In this document: piece after piece, positions 51,005 to 64,000 of the stretch | How the letters are laid out: each line of letters opens with the position of its first letter | How positions within the stretch are numbered: the stretch's first letter is position 1 | Assembly (NCBI GenBank): GCA_026770705.1 | Contig: JANJGN010000019.1 | Location: forward strand, 39,370,001-39,434,000 | Origin: Isurus oxyrinchus | Taxonomy: Eukaryota | Direction of reading: 5' to 3' | DNA: 64,000 nt | Translations under genes and position numbers: made by a program | Notes under the pieces: generated by a model | Databases searched by the model: none | What the model saw: only the letters and a program-made list of their open reading frames with translations | What the model was told of the DNA's origin: nothing

Positions 51005-52257
51005 TCCATATGAATTCGGAGCAGGAGTCGGCCATTCGCCCCTTCAAGCCTGCTCCATCATTCAACAAGATCATGGCTGATATGATAGCAACCTCAACTC
51101 CACATTCCCACCAACCCCTGATAACCTTTCACCCCACCTATCTGACTATCTAGCTCTGCCTTAAAAATGTTCAAAGACTATGCTTCCACCGTCTTTGAGG
51201 AAGAAATCCAAACATTCGCCACCCTCAGAGAAAAGATTTCTCCTCATTTCTGTCCTAAATGGATGACCCCTTATTTTTAAACAGTTCTAGCTTCTCCCAC
51301 AAGAGAAAACATCCTTTCCATACCCTGTCAAGATCTCTCAGGATCTTCTCTGTTTTAATCAAGTCGCTTCTTACTCTTCTGAACTCCAGTGGACACAAGC
51401 CTAATCTGTCTAACCTTTCTTCATAAGACAACTCATCCATTCCAGGTATTAGTCTAGTAAAGCTCCTCTGAACTACATACAACCCATTTACATCTTTCCT
51501 TAAATAAGGAGACCAATACTGTACACCGTACTCCAGATGTGGTCTCACCAATGGCCTACATAACTGAAGCATAACCTCTCTACTTTTGTATTCAATTCCC
51601 CTTGCAATAAACAATAACATTCTATTAGCTTTCCTAATTACTTGCTGTATCTGTATACTAACCTTTTGCAATTTATGCTCTAGGACACCCAGATCCCTCT
51701 ACAACTCTGTGCTCTGCAATCTCTCACCGTTTAGATAATATGCTTTTTTTCCTTCCTCCCAAAATGGACAATTTCACACTTTCCCACAATATGCTCCATT
51801 TGCCAGATCTTTGCCCACTTCATTAACCTATCTATATCCCTTTGTGGCCTCTGTATGTCCTCTTAACAGCTTACTTTCCTACCTATCTTTGTATCATCAG
51901 CAAATTTAGCAACTATACCTTTTGTCCCTTCATCCAAATAATTTTTATAAAATTGTAAAAACGTTGAGGCCCCAGCACTGATCCCTGTGGCACACCGCCC
52001 GTTACATCTTGCCAACCAGAAAATGACCTGTTTATGCCTACTCTGTTTTCTGTTAGCTAGGCAATCTTCTATCCATGCCAAATGTTATACCCTACACCAT
52101 GAGTTTTTATTTTCCGCAATAACCTTTGATATGGCACCTTGACAAATCCCTTCTTGAAATCCAAATACAGCACATCCACCAGTTCCCCCTTATCCACAGC
52201 ACATGTTACTTCCTCAAAAAACTCCAATAAATTGGTTAAACATGATTTCCTTTTCAC
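51005..52257 (-). mobile_element. CR1 LINE 3' fragment
   Basis: KSCLTNLLEFFEEV, KFADDTKI, LVRPHLEYGVQYWSP. Confidence 0.9.
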
Positions 52258-53310
52258 TGGTAAATAAACAGGTCAATTCAGTTTGGCAGGCTGTAACTAG
52301 TGGGGTACCACAATGATCAGTACTTGGCTGTCAGCTATTTATAATCTATACCAGTGACTTGGATGAGGGGACTAAGCATAATGCATCCAAGTTTGATGAT
52401 ACAAAACTAGGTAGGAAAGTAAGCTGTGAGGAAGACGAAAGGAGCCTGCTAAGGCATATAAAGTAAATGGGCAGGAACGTGCCAGATGGGACATATAATG
52501 TGGCGCAATGTGAAGCTATCCGCTTTGGTAGGAAAAATAGAAAAACAGAATATTTGTTTAAATGGTAAGAGACTGGAAAATGTTGGTATTCTTAGGGAAC
52601 TGGGTGCCCTTGTATGCAAATCACACCAAGCAATGAGAATAGTAAATGGAGTAGTGTGTGGAGATTTTTGAAACCCTTCCCTAAGGAAGGAAATTATTGC
52701 TTTAGAGGGTGTGCAACAAGAATTCACAAGATTAATTCCTGAATGGGGGATTGCTCCATGAGGAGAAATTGAGTAAACTAGACCCATATATCCCAGAGTT
52801 GAAAAGATGATAAATGAAACATATCTTTGAAAACATATAAAATCCTTAAGGGGATTGACAGGGTAGATGCTGGGAGGATGTTTCCCCTGACTGGGGAGTC
52901 TAGAAGAAGAGTTCAAAATCTCAGAATAAGAGAGTCAGTCATTCAGCACTGAGATGAGTAATTTATTCTCTCAAAGGGTTGTGAATCTTTGGAATTCTCT
53001 ACCACACAGCTGTGGATGTTCCACAGCAGTCTTTCTTTTGTTGATGTCTTGAATTTCTTTGATGCTTCTTTCCATTACCTGATGTAAAATTCATCTCTGT
53101 TGTCTGCATACAAGTTTACAGCACAGAAACAGGCTAGGGTAATTCTGGTTAGACTGTCATCTGGAAATTGAGCCCAAATAGCGTTTGAAATTGTACTGGT
53201 ATTTAGGCTTCAAGTTACCTTAGAGCTGTTCCGCAGTTGAGCACATTCAAGACAGAGATTGATAGATTTTTGGATGCCAATTGGGTGGGTATAGTGTGGA
53301 AAAGTGGAGT

Positions 53311-53995
53311 TAGGAACAGGAGACAGTCATGCAGCCTGTCAAGCCTGCTCTGCTATTCAATATGATCATGGCTGATCGAACACTTCAATGCCTTTTAACC
53401 ACATTATCCCCATAAACCTTTATGTTATTGTCATTCAGCAATCTATCAATCTCTACCTTAAACATACTCAATAAAGCTTCCAGCCCTCTGGGGTAGAGAA
53501 TTCCAATAATTCACAACCCTCACAAATTCTGAGCAAAGAAATTTCTCCTCATTTTGGTCTTAAGTGGCTTCCCTGTTATTTTGAAATTGTGCCCCCTGGT
53601 TCTAGACTCCCCAACCAGGGGAAACACCTTACCTGCATCTACCCTGTCTCTTCTTTTAATTACTTTGTAGGCTTCAATGATATCCCCCCTCATTCTTTGA
53701 AACTCTAGAGAATACAGGCCCAGTTTCCTCAATCTCTCTTCATAAGACAGTCCCGCCATCCCCAGAACAAGTCTGTGAACCTTCGTTGCACTTCCTCAAT
53801 GGCAATAATATCCTTTCTGAGGTAAGGGAACCAAAACTGCACACAGTACTCCAGGTGCAGTCTAACCAAGCTTCTACACAATTGAAGCAAGACTTCACTG
53901 CTTCACGACTCCTGTACTTAAATCATCTTGCGATTAAGGCTAACATTCTATTAGTCTTCCTAATTTCCTGCTGCCCCTGCATGTTAGCTTTCTGT
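53311..53995 (-). mobile_element. CR1 LINE 3' fragment
   Basis: MAGLSYEERLRKLGLYSLE...RTRGHNFKI...MRRNFF. Confidence 0.88.
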
Positions 53996-54547
53996 TGAGA
54001 TAGAAAATCAGCAATGATGTTGTGGAGTAGGCTCAAATGACCTATTCCTGCTGCTGTTTATTATAAACTAATGACAATATTAAGATTCAATGCTCAACAT
54101 GTCAAACAAATACAGTGCAGTCATCAACAAAGCCACTAGAATGTTCAGCTACATTAACAGCACAGTGTAATAAAAGTCAGAAGAGATCAGGATCAAGTTT
54201 TTATCAGCTATGTTCAGACCCCATCTTTGAATACTGCTTTCATTTCTTTAAAGTGCAGGAGATGGCGCAAAGAATGTAGTTTATCTCTGGCTTCAGTTGT
54301 CTGAGTTATGAAAACTGAAGAAACTCAGGCTTTTCCTTTTGGAAATAAGTACTGGAGAAGTCATTTTGTAGTAGTGTTGGAGGTGAAAATTCTAGATTTA
54401 AGTAAGAAAGAATTGGATACTGCAATGGAAAGACTATAAGAATTTTCCGGATGGATGAATTAAGATGGACTGAATGGCCTTCCTCATCCATAATTATCTT
54501 AGTAATTTTAAAACATATTGATTACTTCTAAGAATTCTTTGATTTAG

Positions 54548-54706
54548 GATTATTCAAGTGGAAAGCTTCTTACAGGAGAGCTGAAGAAGATTCTTATTGA
54601 AACACTGCAGCCCATCATAGCAGCACACCAAGTACGACGCAAGCAAGTGACCGATGAAATGGTGAAACAGTTTATGACTCCCCGGAAACTGGCATTTGAC
54701 TTTTAA
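54548..54706 (+). CDS. WARS1: WARS1 last coding exon (exon 11)
   Basis: atttag|[52 protein letters not shown](TAA, then TGA). The summed CDS is 1407 nt = 468 aa + stop. Confidence 0.97.
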   Translation, partial: DYSSGKLLTGELKKILIETLQPIIAAHQVRRKQVTDEMVKQFMTPRKLAFDF

Positions 54707-54829
54707 TGACAGAGCTTCATGAATTCTGAAACTATATAGAGAACGGAGGCAATTTTCATTCATCAGAGTCTTAACATGATGCTGAAGCTATGTGTAACAT
54801 TATTATGGATGAATGTTTTAGAATATATT

Positions 54830-54835
54830 AATAAA
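54830..54835 (+). terminator. WARS1: Candidate polyadenylation signal of WARS1
   Basis: AATAAA 124 nt after the stop, followed ~40 nt later by a GT/T-rich tract. Confidence 0.5.
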
Positions 54836-55674
54836 TGTCACTAAATTATCACCAATTATTTCTAGAGAAACAGTGATGTGTTTTTTAATTACTTATGTTG
54901 TAGATGAACAGTTTTGATTTGCCTTACCACAGATTCATACATGCCCAGTTAATAGTTTTCATAAGAGTATGTCATGGCTCAAAACATTACAACTTGGCAC
55001 TCAAGTCACAGATCAAAAGAAAAATCTGAAATTGGGATTTTCATACAGCATCGTTACCATTGTCTTAGCTTGTTTAATGGATTTTTGAAAAACCTATCAG
55101 GTTCACAAATTCCCAGTATGAGAATATTTGTATTCTCCAGTGTTCACATAGATCCCTTTAGAAAAGTTTGTTACTGTTGTATGACAGGTATGTACATTGC
55201 TGATCTCTGGAATCTGATTTATAATAAGGCACCATTTCTTCTATCCCATTTAACAAAAATGTTACGTTGTTAAATAATCACAATTCCAAACCTTAATAGG
55301 CCTCTAATCCATGCTGTCTTTATGTATTATTGCACATTGGCGAATCTCCAGAGGTTGTGCAGAGAAAGCAAACTTACAGCCCCAGGGAATTGGATAAATT
55401 CCTAAAAAATGGGGAAAAATTGCATCATGTAGGGAAAGCACAAGTGAGTGTGACTAACTGGATTGCTCTTCAAAAGAGCCAGTGCAGTCACCATTGGCCA
55501 ACTGGCCGCATCCTCCTGTATTATTCTATGGTTCTACTTTTTAAAACAGTTTTCTTCTGAAGGAGAAATAGATTTAATCTGTAAGTGTATGGCTTCATAG
55601 ACTGTACTTATATTCTTACTTTGAACATTTTTTTTAAACATTGTCTGAGAGGTATAAAGGCAACTTCTCTTATT

Positions 55675-56720
55675 AATTCTCATGATATGGGTGTCACTAG
55701 CAAGACCAACATTTAATCCTAAACTCATGATGCCCTGGGCAGGTAGTGGTGAACTGCCTTCTTGAATTGCTGCTTTCCATATGGTGAAGATGCTCCCAAA
55801 GTGCTGTTGGGTCAGGAGTTGTAGGATTTTGACAGTGACGATGGAAGATTAGCAATATATGTCCAAGTTAGGATGGTGCGTGAATTGGGGAACTTGAAGG
55901 TTGATGGCGTTCCTATGCAATGCTGCCCTTGTCCTTCTAGGTATTGGTGATTATGGGTTTGGGAAGTGCTATCAAAGACGCCTTGGATAGATATTACACA
56001 ATGCACCCAGTCCACAAGTGATTACAGAAATGGAGGTTTAAGGCAGTAAATGGGAGGCTGATTAAATGGACTGTTTTGTCCTAGATGATGTTGAGTTGTT
56101 TGAATGTTTAAGCTGCACCTGTCTAGGCAGCTCCATCACATTCTTGATTGGTGTGTTGTAGGTGGTGGAAAGGCTTGGGGTGAGCTAATTGCGAGGGGAT
56201 CAGGAGGTGAGAAACCACTGAATATACAGCTTATGACCCACTCTATAACCATGTGATTTATATAAAAGCAAAATACTGCAGATGCTGGAAATCTGAATAA
56301 AATCACATTTATGTGGCTGCTCCAGTTCAGTTTCTGGTCAATAGTAACCCCACAGGATGTTAATGGTTGAAGATTTGGTGACAGTAGTATGTTTATATGT
56401 CAAGGGGTGATAGTCAGATTCTCTTGTTGGAGATGGTCATTGCCAGGCACTTGTTTGGCATGAATGTTAAAGCCACTAATCAGCCTAAGCCTGGATGTTG
56501 TCTTGGTCCTGTTGCATGTGGACTGCTTCATTATCTAAGGAATTGTAAATGGAACTGAATACTATGTAATTCAGTGAACAGCCCTGCTTCTGACCTTATG
56601 ATGGACAGAAGGTGAAGCAGCAGAAGACAGTTGGACCTAGGATGCTGCCCTGGGGGACTTTTGCAATGATGTCTTGGGATTGAGATGATTAATCTTCAAC
56701 AATAACAGCCATCTTCCTTT
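55675..56720 (-). mobile_element. Decayed LINE of the same family as 48021-50390
   Basis: Collinear nucleotide similarity with 48030-49020. Confidence 0.75.
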
Positions 56721-56755
56721 GAGTAACACTTGACTCCAACCAGTGGAGTCTATTC

Positions 56756-56787
56756 CACACCACCACCACCACCACCGCGCCGCCACC

Positions 56788-56818
<31 letters not shown>
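56756..56818. repeat. (CAC)n plus long C homopolymer; similar G/C runs at 21821-21847 and 28650-28686
   Basis: Directly visible low-complexity tracts. Confidence 0.9.
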
Positions 56819-56820
<2 letters not shown>

Positions 56821-59004
56821 CCATGTCCAAAACGCATTTTGAATTTGCATCAAGGACTGAGTTGGACACATCTATAACTAATATCACGTTATTTGCCAAC
56901 ATGCACTATTGTACAATTAGCACTGCCACAAGGTATGTTGTTGCCATTTACCATAATTATTGAGATAAATTGTCAGGTTGAGTCTGTAAGCTTAAAAACA
57001 CTAACTGCACATAATCAGCATTTTCTGGATTTAGTTCAATCGGATATGATGGAATACTCAAGATTACTATATGAACACAGCAAGGTTAAGTTTATTATTC
57101 AGATAGCATGGTTGACTTCCAATGTTAAGTTGTCCCTTTGATTATGAGCTTAAAAACTTTCTTTGGATAGCAGACTGGTTGTGGTATCAGGCAGTTCCAC
57201 AATCCTCCACAATGATGGGTTTCATCTCTGCTGTATGTCTGCAGTGAGTCATTGCAGTCAAAACCCTTTTCTTGTTTTCTCTGTCAGAGTTGTATTATAT
57301 TTTCTTTGGTTGCTATACAGTAAATTCTGCTTAGAAGCTTATGTCATTGAATTATTTGTTGGACTACACCTTTTCTACTAGTTTAATCTAAAATCCTTCT
57401 GAAATTTGCGAACATTGTTAAACATTCAACACCCACACCCCCCCAACCCCTTTTCAGAACCTCACAATTTTCTAAAATGTTCCCTGTTAGGTGAACAGTG
57501 CCTCTCAAACTACTATAGGGAGCTGCATTCAGGTGATCTGATTGATCATCATGACAAATTCAGCTGTGTAGATTACTTTCATACACAGGTTGGAAACTAT
57601 AATTGTGAGATTTTAGTTAGATTTACTAAACCTTTACTCATAATTCATTTGATCCTTAATTCTCCTAGTGTATATATCAGCAGGAAGGAAGATATGTTAA
57701 TAGTGTTTCTTAACATCCCTTGTTATGATGCTATTAGACCAAGGGCCATGGAACATAAATCTTCCCTTTTTAATGTTAGACCCAACTCATCCTGGTATAA
57801 GTACAGTAATGGCTTTACCAAATGAATACTCTTGGTAGAATTTGAACCATTTTTCAGAGGGAGAGGATGTTTTCTAGTTTAATAGAGTTACAATGTGATA
57901 AACAGGGAGACAAGTTGACAATCAGTTTTTTTTTCTTTTTCTACAACATTCTTGATTATTGCCCTGCTCTCCAAAAAGAAACAAAACTTTTTTTTATAAA
58001 ATGCTGTTGCTTGTTGGGACCTGTTTAAAAACTGTTAATGAGCTTTTCAAGAAAGATGTAGTAGTTTTTCCACTGAGGAAAAAAATAACCAGAAAAGAAT
58101 TAGCTGGCATGCTGAACTGAAGTTAATTTGGCACATATTAATTTGATATGGATTTTACTACAGCTGTTCCAGGAGCTGATGATTTTGCTAGGAAAAAGCT
58201 GATGGGAGGGTAAGCTTCACAGGACCCTAAATATTCTTCCCTACCAACTACTACCAAACTCTTAAATATTTATGTTGCACCCATAGGGCACTCTAGTTAG
58301 CTCAGCACTAAACTGGGGGGGAACCCAATGTGCTGTCCAGCCACATCAGGCTGGATTTTCATGTTAGAGGCAGGTAGTGGGAGTTGTGAAATTTTCCATC
58401 TCGGCGTGCCCGCCTTGGGAAAAGGTGCCTCGAAAGGTGTGATCTTGGTTCCAGGGAGTGGGGAGGGCAGGGCGTTTCTAGAGTCGAGCCTGCTGTTCCT
58501 GGAAAGCACAAACCTATAGAAAAGTTAAGACACAGAAAGAGGCCATTTAGCCCATCATGTCTGCCCCAAGCTGAAAAAAAACTAGCTGCCCATTCTAATC
58601 CCACCTTCCAGCACCATTGCCTTGAGTCACAGCATTTCAGGTGCATATCCAGGTACCTTTTAAATGACTTGAGGGTTTCTACGTCAACCACCAATCCGGG
58701 CAGTGAATTCCAGACACCTACCACCCTCTGGGTGAAAAAAGTTTTTCCTAATATCCCCACTAATCCTTCTATCAATTACCTTAAATCTGTGCCCCTTAAT
58801 AATTGACCTTTCCGCTAGGGGAAACGAGTCTTCCCTGTCTACTCTATCTCAGCCCCTCATAATTTTGTACACCTCAATCAAGTTACCCCTCAGTCTCCTC
58901 TGTTCTAAGGAAAGCAACCTTAGCCTACCTAATCTTCCCTCATACCTGCAATTTTCTAGCCCTGGTAACATTCATTTAAATCTCTTCTGTACTCACTGCA
59001 AACC

Positions 59005-59335
59005 GCTTTCCATTCGCTAAAATATCAGTCAAATATGAGCTTTATGCCTCCTATCAGCACCTTCTTTCGTCTTCACCACTACCATTAACACTCTTTGTCT
59101 TGTGTCCATGACATCTTTGTCAGCCTCTCCCTAGCCCTCACCTATCTCTGACCTCCTATCCTGCTTTACCTACTCCACCACCCCGCCCCTTAAACAGTAT
59201 AAATTCCATCACATTTCCACTTCTCTTTAGCTCTGAAGAAGAGCCATGCAGATTCAAAGCGTTAACTGTTTCTCTCTCCACAGATGCTGTCAGACCTGCT
59301 ATGTTTTTCCAGCATTTTCTATTTTTACTTCAATT
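59005..59335 (+). mobile_element. Penelope-like family A, single arm
   Basis: Similar to 35770-36050, including the hammerhead relic ctgaagaagagcc...aagcgttaact. Confidence 0.7.
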
Positions 59336-60972
59336 AGTACCCTTTGTTTCCTGTCACTGAGCCAATTTTGGATCCAACCCACCACATTCCTCTGTATCCC
59401 ATGGGCTTTTATTTTTCTGACCAGTCTGCTATGCAGAACCTTGTCAAATGCCTTACCAAAATCCATATAGACCACATCAAATGCACTATCTTTATCAATC
59501 CTCCTTGTTTCTTGCTCAAAAAAAATTCAATTTAAGTTAGTAAGGCATGACTTTCCCTAAACAAAACCATGCTTGCCTTTCTAAGTGACAGTTTATCCTG
59601 ACTCTGAGAATTGATTCTAATAATTTGCCCACCACTGAAGTCAGACTGACTAATCTATAATTATCTGGCCTATCCTTTGCACCCTTTCTAAACAATGGTA
59701 CAATGTTCCCAGACCTCCAGTCCTCTGATACCTTGTCTGTATCTAGTGAGGATTGGAAAATGATCCTCGGGGCATCTGCTATTTCCTCCCTGGCTTCCTT
59801 TAACAGCCTGGATGCAATCCATCCGGCCCTGGTGAATTATCCATCTTCAAGGATGTCAGTCCCTCCACTACTTCCTCTCTCATCATGCTTATTGTATCTA
59901 ATATTTCACACTCCTCCTTAACTAAAATGTCTGCACCATCCCTCTCCCTTGTGAAGACAGAGACAAAGTATTCATTAAGAACCCCGCCCACATCTTCTGC
60001 ATCAACGCCTAAGTTACCTTGTGCATCCCTAATCAGCCCTACTCCTTCCTTCTTTAGCCTCTAGCTCTTAATGTACCAATAAAACATCTTTTGAGTTTCC
60101 TTGATTTTTGCCTGCCATTGTTCTTTCATATCCTCTTTGCTTTTCTGATATCATTTTTTACTTCACCCCTGTATTTTCTATAAGCTGCCTTTTTCTGCTT
60201 TATCTTACCCTGTATGCTTCTAGATAACCAAGGAGCTCTAGATTTGGTGGTACCACTCTTTTCCTTTGCGGGGACATGCCTACACTATGCCCAAAGAATC
60301 TCACTTTTGAATGCCTCCCACTAGTCTCTCACTGATTTCCCTTCAAGTAGCTTCAACCAGTCCACTTTTGCCAGAACACTTCTCAGCTTCATATAATGTG
60401 TCTTTCCCCCAATTTAGAACTTTTGCTTCTGTTCTACCTTTATCCTTTTCCATAATTATGCTGCATTTAACCATATTATGGTCACTATCTCCAAAATGGT
60501 CACCTCCTGCTATTTCATCCACTTGCCCAGGTTCATCTTCTAAAACTAAATCTAGAATTGCACTTCCTCTCGTTGGACTTGTTACGTGCTGACTAAAGAA
60601 GTTCTCTTGAATGTAGTTTAAGAATTTTGTGCCATCTGTGCCCTTCACATTTTTCGTATCCCAATTGATATTAGTGTAGTTGAAGTCCTCAACTATTACT
60701 ACCCTATTGTTTCTGCACTCAGAAATTTGCCTACATATTTGCTCATCTACCACCCTCTCACTATTTGGGGGTCTATAGTACACTCCTAGAAGTGTGGCTG
60801 CCCCTTTTTTATTTCTGAGCTCCACCCATATGGCCTCATTCGATGATTCATTTAGTATATTTTCACTCCTCGATTTTCACTCCTCGCAGCTGTTCTTTAA
60901 CCAATAATGTTATACCCCCACCTTTTTTTAATCTCTTTGTCTATCCTGTCTGAACACTCTGTATCCAGGGAT

Positions 60973-61197
60973 TACCTGGAAAAGCTCAGCAGGTCGGGCA
61001 GCATCAGCGGAGAAGAAAAGAGTTGACGTTTCGAGTCCTCATGACCCTTCAACAGAACTAGTTCTGTTGAAGGGTCATGAGGACTCGAAACGTCAATTCT
61101 TTTCTTCTCCACCGATGCTGCCAGACCTGCTGAGTTTTTCCAGGTAATTCTGTTTTTGTTTTGGATTTCTAGCATCCGCAGTTTTTTTTGTTTTTAT
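60973..61197. mobile_element. Penelope-like family A, near-perfect spacer-less palindrome with 16-bp TSD
   Basis: CTCTGTATCCAGGGAT at 60957-60972 and 61198-61213; arms 60971-61059 and 61060-61148 centred on AACTAGTT. Confidence 0.88.
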
Positions 61198-64000
61198 CTC
61201 TGTATCCAGGGATGTTGAGCTGTCAATTGTGCTCCTTATTAAGCCAAGTTTCAGTTATAGTGATGATATCGTGCTGCCATGTGTCTACCTGTACCTTTAG
61301 CTCATCAGCTTTGTTTGCTATACTCCTTGAACTTAAATATGTACCCTTTAACACTGCCAAATTCCTGTGCTGTACACATTTTAACCTTTGCTTCTTTTGT
61401 CTTGCAGAGTCACTCGCTAATTTTCTGTCTCCCACTCCCCGCTCTGAATTTGTCCTATCTAAATCTGCCCTTAGGTTCCCATTCCCCTGCCAATCTAGTT
61501 TAAACCCTCCCCACAACACAAACAAGTCTCCCTGCAAGGATACTAGTCCCGGTCCGGTTCAGGTTTTGACCTTCCAGCTTGTACAGGTCACACCTTTCCC
61601 AGAATTGATCCCAGTGCCCCTGAAATCCTAAGCCCTCCCTCCTGCACCATCTCTGCAGCCACACATTCATCTAGTGAATTCTCCTGTTTCTATACCCACT
61701 AACACATGGTCTTGGGAGTAATCTGGAAATTGCCACCTTTGAGATCCTGCTAGATCTTTCCTAATTCCCTAATCTCAGCCTGCAGGGTCTCATCTCTTTT
61801 TCTACCTATATCATTGGTACTAATGTGGACCATGATCTCTGTCTGTGCACCCTCGTCCTCCAAAATACTCTAGCAGTTCGATGATATCCATGACCCTGGC
61901 ACGAGGGAGGCAATATACCATCTTGGAATCAAATTTGCGACCACAGAAGCACCTGTCTTTCCTCTAACTAATGAATCTCTTATCACGACTACTGTCCCCA
62001 CCCCTTCTTCCTCCACTCCTGTACAGCTGAGCCACCTGTAGTGCCACGAACTTGGATCTGACTACACTCCTCTGAGTGCCCTCTCCAGCATCCAAAATGG
62101 AAAACTGATTAGCGAGCGGGACCTTGGGAGGACTCGTGCAGTAGCTGCCTGGTTCTCTTGGACTGCCTGGCAGTCAGCATTCTCTTTCTGTCACTATGCT
62201 CCTAGCCTGCAGTGTGACCACCTCTCTGAACATGCTATCCATGTAGCTCTCAGCCTCGCGAATATGCCACAGTGACTCCAGCCACCACTCGATCTCCAGA
62301 ACCCAGAGCTTAATTTCTGTAGTTGGTGACATTTCCTGCACACATGGCCGTTTAGGTCACTCGTAGCGCCTATGACTTCTTACATACACCTGGACATGCA
62401 TTACGCATGATCAAGCTGCCCTGCCATATCTTACCTTTATTTCACTTATGTTAATTTTATTTTACTTTGGTCTGCTTATATTAATTTTACTTGGCCTTAA
62501 CTCAATAAACCCTACAATATTGATAAACCTTATAATAACTGATAAATCTGACTAATAATTAACACACTTTGCAAGTTGCAATAAACGTTACTTAAAGCAT
62601 GGCTGGGGGCAAGAGTTAGCATGAGTAGGACCTTTTGAAGTTATCTTTCAAAAGGTTTCCTCATCCAGACATGGTCCACAATACCTCTGAGGAGCCGTGA
62701 ACCATGAGTTCTTGAAAAGCTGGCCCGACTTCATGAAAATTGCAAGGGACCAGAAGATGCCTATCTCCACAATGGAGCCGGCCAGGTCAGGAGTCCAGGG
62801 TGCAGGCTCGCTGCCCACACCCTTCTCCTGTGCTAACAAAAACTGGGGGAGGGAATCCCGAAATTGGATCCCATCTGCCATTTTTTACGGTATGCAAAGT
62901 CTGCCCAACTTAAATCTAGCCCATCATCTTGATTAGAGAAAGCCAAGGTTGATTATTTGCAACTACAAAACCAGAAATAGCATAAATTACACAATTTGAA
63001 TCGTAATTTGTTCTTTGCTTCCAATATTATCATTTATAAAAGTAAATACTTCAGTTGTAATGCCATGGGTTTGAAATTTGTATCCAAAATATAGTTACAC
63101 CAGTGAAATGGGATATACAAAAATCACTGTTCTACTTAATTTCCATAATTTCTCTGGGGGCTTCCCTGTAATCTTTGATTAAACTTGACTAGTTAAGTGA
63201 CTTATAAGCTACTTGACAAGCACAAAATGAGGTTTGCTGTAGCTGAGCCCTGATCACCCAGGCCTCTGCTTGCAAAGCTGACAAATTCCTGCAGTGAAAC
63301 AATTCAGACTGAATTAACACTTCTATTTGTTGCTTTAAAGTAAAATAAAACTAGATGAAGACTATTGCTTCTAAAAGTGGAGTGTTTTAAAATACGTTTA
63401 AAATTGCCAAACTATTGAACTAGGGATTCAAAATTATAATCAGGACAGTGAACAAACTATTTAGATTTCAACTTTATGCAGAGACTTGCATAAAATTGTT
63501 GCCCCATAACTTCAGTAACTCCCGCCTCGCACCCTCCCTCACCCCACCCTGCCCCTAACAGAGAGATAGAGTATAGTCCTGATGTACCTCACCACACAGA
63601 GTAGATCAGGATACAACTATCTCTTTTGCTTAACCAACCACCACCCAGTGCTGACACTGTCCAGTACTCTCAGCAACATGAGTCACAACAATCCAAAGAG
63701 ATCGAGTCCTAAAGCAAATTACACTCTAAGACAACACACAACAGTACAGTCTGACTATCAGCTAGCAGGCAACCCAAAGTAGACAAAAGCATTGCACCAG
63801 CAATGGACTAAATGGATCTTAGAGTAGAAATGTGAGGGTGCCACTGAAATTTTCAGACCACCATTCAGGTCATGTACTTTCATGTCAATTCACTGGTAGT
63901 GTGCCAAGATAGAAACTGCTTTTATTTTATTTATCAACAACTTTTCATTTTGGAGATAAGTCATCTTCCAAGTAGAGGGGTGAATCACAGTAAAGGGCAG

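Larger units (their letters stand above)
41470..54060 (+). mobile_element. Old + strand CR1 fragmented by successive nested insertions, filling WARS1 intron 10
   Basis: Collinear CR1 pieces (ORF1, endonuclease, reverse transcriptase, tail) resume after each insert, at ~44048, 46735, 47600, 50902, 52260 and 53995. Confidence 0.75.
58514..62430 (-). mobile_element. Long CR1 LINE relic (ORF1, endonuclease, reverse transcriptase) with two Penelope-like insertions
   Basis: TLLGVYYRPPNS...EDFNY, TETWLN, SPGPDGLHP, FTQRVVGVWNSLP. Confidence 0.9.

Noticed and set aside
56820-64000. Exons of a downstream gene (SLC25A47 is the human neighbour)
   Set aside because: No mitochondrial-carrier-like translation recognised in the unique stretches.

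Overview
Vertebrate genomic DNA, most likely a cartilaginous fish (shark), inferred from the repeat landscape: dense CR1, L2, RTE and L1/Tx1 LINE relics, Deu-domain SINEs and Penelope-like elements. It holds two head-to-head genes sharing a CpG-rich promoter at ~21.3-21.9 kb. WARS1 (cytoplasmic tryptophanyl-tRNA synthetase, + strand) is complete: 10 coding exons from 23926 to 54706, 1407 nt, 468 aa, all GT-AG and in phase. Of WDR25 (- strand), only the 5' part is present: a probable non-coding exon 1 and the large first coding exon 15505-14777. Most ORFs in the track are decayed retroelement fragments or shadows. Main observations: (1) two Penelope-like families carry hammerhead-ribozyme motifs and repeatedly insert as fold-back palindromes flanked by 10-17 bp target-site duplications, several inside WARS1 introns; (2) a 32-bp GC-rich minisatellite in WARS1 intron 1 has a GTGAGT splice-donor/U1 motif in each unit; (3) a perfect ATF4/C-EBP amino-acid response element overlaps a putative spliced uORF in WARS1 exon 1; (4) WARS1 intron 10 is a nested stack of retroelements. 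All calls were made by eye and repeat boundaries are approximate.
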